From assembly GCF_009914755.1 (NCBI RefSeq), contig NC_060928.1: a stretch of DNA of 64,000 bases. The stretch is one strand, 5' to 3'. Below the pieces are notes generated by a model, which did not search any database, was not told the DNA's origin, and worked only from the letters and a program-made list of their open reading frames with translations. The first letter of the stretch is position 1; each line of letters starts with the position of its first letter. Shown here piece after piece: positions 61,420-64,000 of the stretch. This DNA comes from the human T2T-CHM13v2.0 reference genome, Homo sapiens. A program made the translations under genes and the position numbers.

Positions 61420-62815
61420 TTGTCCTGCAAGGCTCCAGGTAGCACCAACCCCAAGGCTTTGATGACCAAAAAGCTTTGGGCAGAGGCCAACCGGTGTGCT
61501 GATACAGAAGGGATGGTCCACCCCCTTTGAAACCAAAGAGGCAGCCCTGATCATCTCTGAATTGCTGTTAAGGTCGCTCTTCCCTTGTCATGAAGAATAA
61601 TGTCCAGATCATTCTTCCCTTGCCTTGAAGAATAATGTACACTTGCAGCCCAATAGCTCTACGGTCTTGTCCTGTAAAATAAAAGAACTCCGACCTCTAT
61701 TTCTCCTTCATTCCATCCAGTCTCCCTCCCTTTTAGTTCAACCTGGCAGTTTCCTGCTGGGGGCTGGTGATTTGATTCTGCAGTTCTCACCCACACAAAT
61801 CTTATCAAGTGGTTAGTCTACCATACCTTTAGTGTTCTCTTGTGAACTTTCTTACTTTTTGTTATGTGGACAGGCTGAGAATTTTCCAAATCTTTAAGTT
61901 GTGGTTCCTTTTTGCTTAATAATTCCATCTTCAATTGGCTTCCCTCTTTTCAATTTTTACTATAAACAATCAGGAGGAACCAAGCCATTCCTTCAACATT
62001 TTGCTTAGAAATCTCCTCAGCTAAGTATCCAACTTCATCACTCACAAGTTCTACCTCCCACCCAGAAAACACTAGAACACAAACATAATTCAGCCAAGTT
62101 CTTTGCTACTTTGTAACAAAGATTGCCTTTTCTCCATTGTCCAGTAACGTTCTTCATTTCTAAGACCATATCAGAATGGCCTTTATTTTCTACTAAAATT
62201 CTGTACATGATTATTTATGTATTCTGTAAGATGGAAGCTTGCTCTACCATTCTCCTCTCTTCTTGCTGAGCTCTCTCCAAAATCACCTTTAATGCCCTTA
62301 CTTCTACCAACAGTCCCTCACAGCAAATATCAGCTTGTTCTAGCATGCACTTAAAAACTCTTCCAGCCTATATCCATTACACAGTTGCAAAGTCACTTAC
62401 CCGTTTTTAGGTATTTGTTATAGTAGCATCCCACTTTTTAGTAACACTTTTTGTCTTAGTTTGGGCTGCAATAACAAATACTATGGGCCAGGTAGCTTAC
62501 ATACAAACATTTATTTCTGACAACTATGAAGGCTGGGAAATCCAAGATCAAAGTTCTAGCTGATTTGGTTCCCAGTGTGGGTCCTCTTACTGGCTTGCAG
62601 ATAGAGGTCTTCTTCCTCCATCCTCACATGGTAGAGAAGAGGATCATCTCTTTTCTGTCTCTTCTAATATGGGCACTAATCCTATCACAAGGCCTCTACC
62701 CTCATGAACTCATTACCTTCCAAAGGTCCCACCTCCAAATGCTAGCACATTGGGGATTAGGGAATTCAACATATGAATTTTGGGGGGAAGGTACACAAAC
62801 ATTTAGTCCATAGCA
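61420..62815 (-). mobile_element. MLT1A-type MaLR LTR (62452-62815) plus adjacent internal sequence
   Basis: tgtcttagtttgggctgc.ataacaaatac...ggctgggaaatccaagatcaa...acaaacatt.agtccatagca. The internal junction tttttaggtatttgttatag is also present. Confidence 0.8.
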
Positions 62816-63489
62816 TGTATATATACTATGATCCCTTCTATGTAAAACAAAAATATAAACTATATACATACGTATATGCATATTAAATTTCTAGAAGGAG
62901 CCAGGCACGGTGGCTCACGCCTGTAATCCCAGCACTTTGGGAGGCCGAGGTGGGTGGATCACGAGGTCAGGAGATCGAGACCATCCTGGCTAACACAGTG
63001 AAACCCCGTCTCTACTAAAAATACAAAAAAATTAGCCAGGCATGGTGGCGGGTGCCTGTAGTCCCAGCTACTCGGGAGGCTGAGGCAGAAGAATGGCATG
63101 AAACAGGGACGTGGAGCTTGCAGGAGCCAAGATCGCGCCACTGCACTCCAGCCTGGGAGACAGAGTGAGGCTCCATCTCAAAAAAAAAAAAAAAAAAAAA
63201 TTCTAGAAAGATGTGTGTCTATACTTTCCAAAAACAGCCACAGAATTAAAGCCAAACATGCTCTTCTAGAATCTTGCCACTCCCCATTGAGAGGTGAAAT
63301 CTGGCCAGACTCTGTGGCTCATGCCTGTAATCCTAACACTTTGGGAGGTCAAGGCAGGAGGAACGCTTGAGCCCAGGCTATGGTCAAGCCATTGCCCTCC
63401 ATCCTGGGTGACAGAGCAAGACCCTGTCAAAGAAGAAAGGAGGAAGAAGGAAGAAGAAAGGAAAGAGGGAGGAAGGAAAGAGAGAAATC

Positions 63490-63925
63490 TGTTTGCCCTC
63501 CTCTTGAACCTGGACAGGCCTGTGACTGCTACACCCAAGAATATAGGAAAGGTGTTATGACTTCTTACACTAAGTTCTCTCCCTCTCCCATCTCCTCTCA
63601 GGAGGGATGTTCTCCCTTGGAACCAGGCCACCATTCTATGAGGAAGCCAAGCAGCCACATGAAAAGGCCGTATGTAGACATTCTAACTGACAATACTAGC
63701 TAAGGTTCCAGCTACTCACCAGCATCAACTATCAGACAGTGAGTAACCAAGTTTCCAGATACTTCCTGCCCTCAGCTTCTATGTCTTCTAGCTAAGAACA
63801 CAAACAATGATCAGCAGACAAGCTGTGTGAATTCCAGACACAGTCTGTCAGCTTAATGAATGGTTGTAAGTTTTGGGGAAATTTGTTATACAATAATAAT
63901 AATGGGAACAATACACAAGAAACTG
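63490..63925 (+). mobile_element. MLT1(E-H)-type LTR fragment
   Basis: ctcttgaacctgg...gtgactgct...tgaggaagccaagcagccacatg...ttttgggg.aatttgttatac. Confidence 0.6.
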
Positions 63926-64000
63926 TCGGCTGAGGGTGGTGGCTCACGCCTGTAATCCCAGCACTTTGGGAGGTCAAGAAGGGAAGAGTGCTTGAGGCCA

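Overview
This is primate (almost certainly human) genomic DNA, not prokaryotic. It matches the UGDH / UGDH-AS1 / SMIM14 locus (gene names from my recall of the sequences, not a database search). A CpG-island bidirectional promoter (~2.8-4.0 kb) carries UGDH non-coding exon 1 on the minus strand and candidate first-exon donors of UGDH-AS1 on the plus strand. The last three coding exons of SMIM14 lie on the minus strand at 48075-48123, 32091-32233 and 27788-27820, followed by a ~5.8 kb Alu-rich 3'UTR ending near 22.0 kb. Between the genes is a 5.1 kb internally deleted HERV-K(HML-6)/LTR3 provirus (14907-20037, minus strand) inserted inside an Alu with a GGCTCA target-site duplication (TSD). Two head-to-head THE1 MaLR elements occupy 6.35-11.3 kb. 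The rest is very dense Alu plus L2, MIR, MLT1, ERV1 LTRs and DNA-transposon relics. Nearly all ORFs in the supplied track are Alu or LTR artefacts. I found no evidence for a wholly new biological system. The most interesting items are the provirus architecture (a pol-env junction deletion next to a HERV-K-MEL-like short ORF), a stop-free in-frame SMIM14 two-exon circle, inverted Alus in the SMIM14 3'UTR, and an apparently chimeric THE1.
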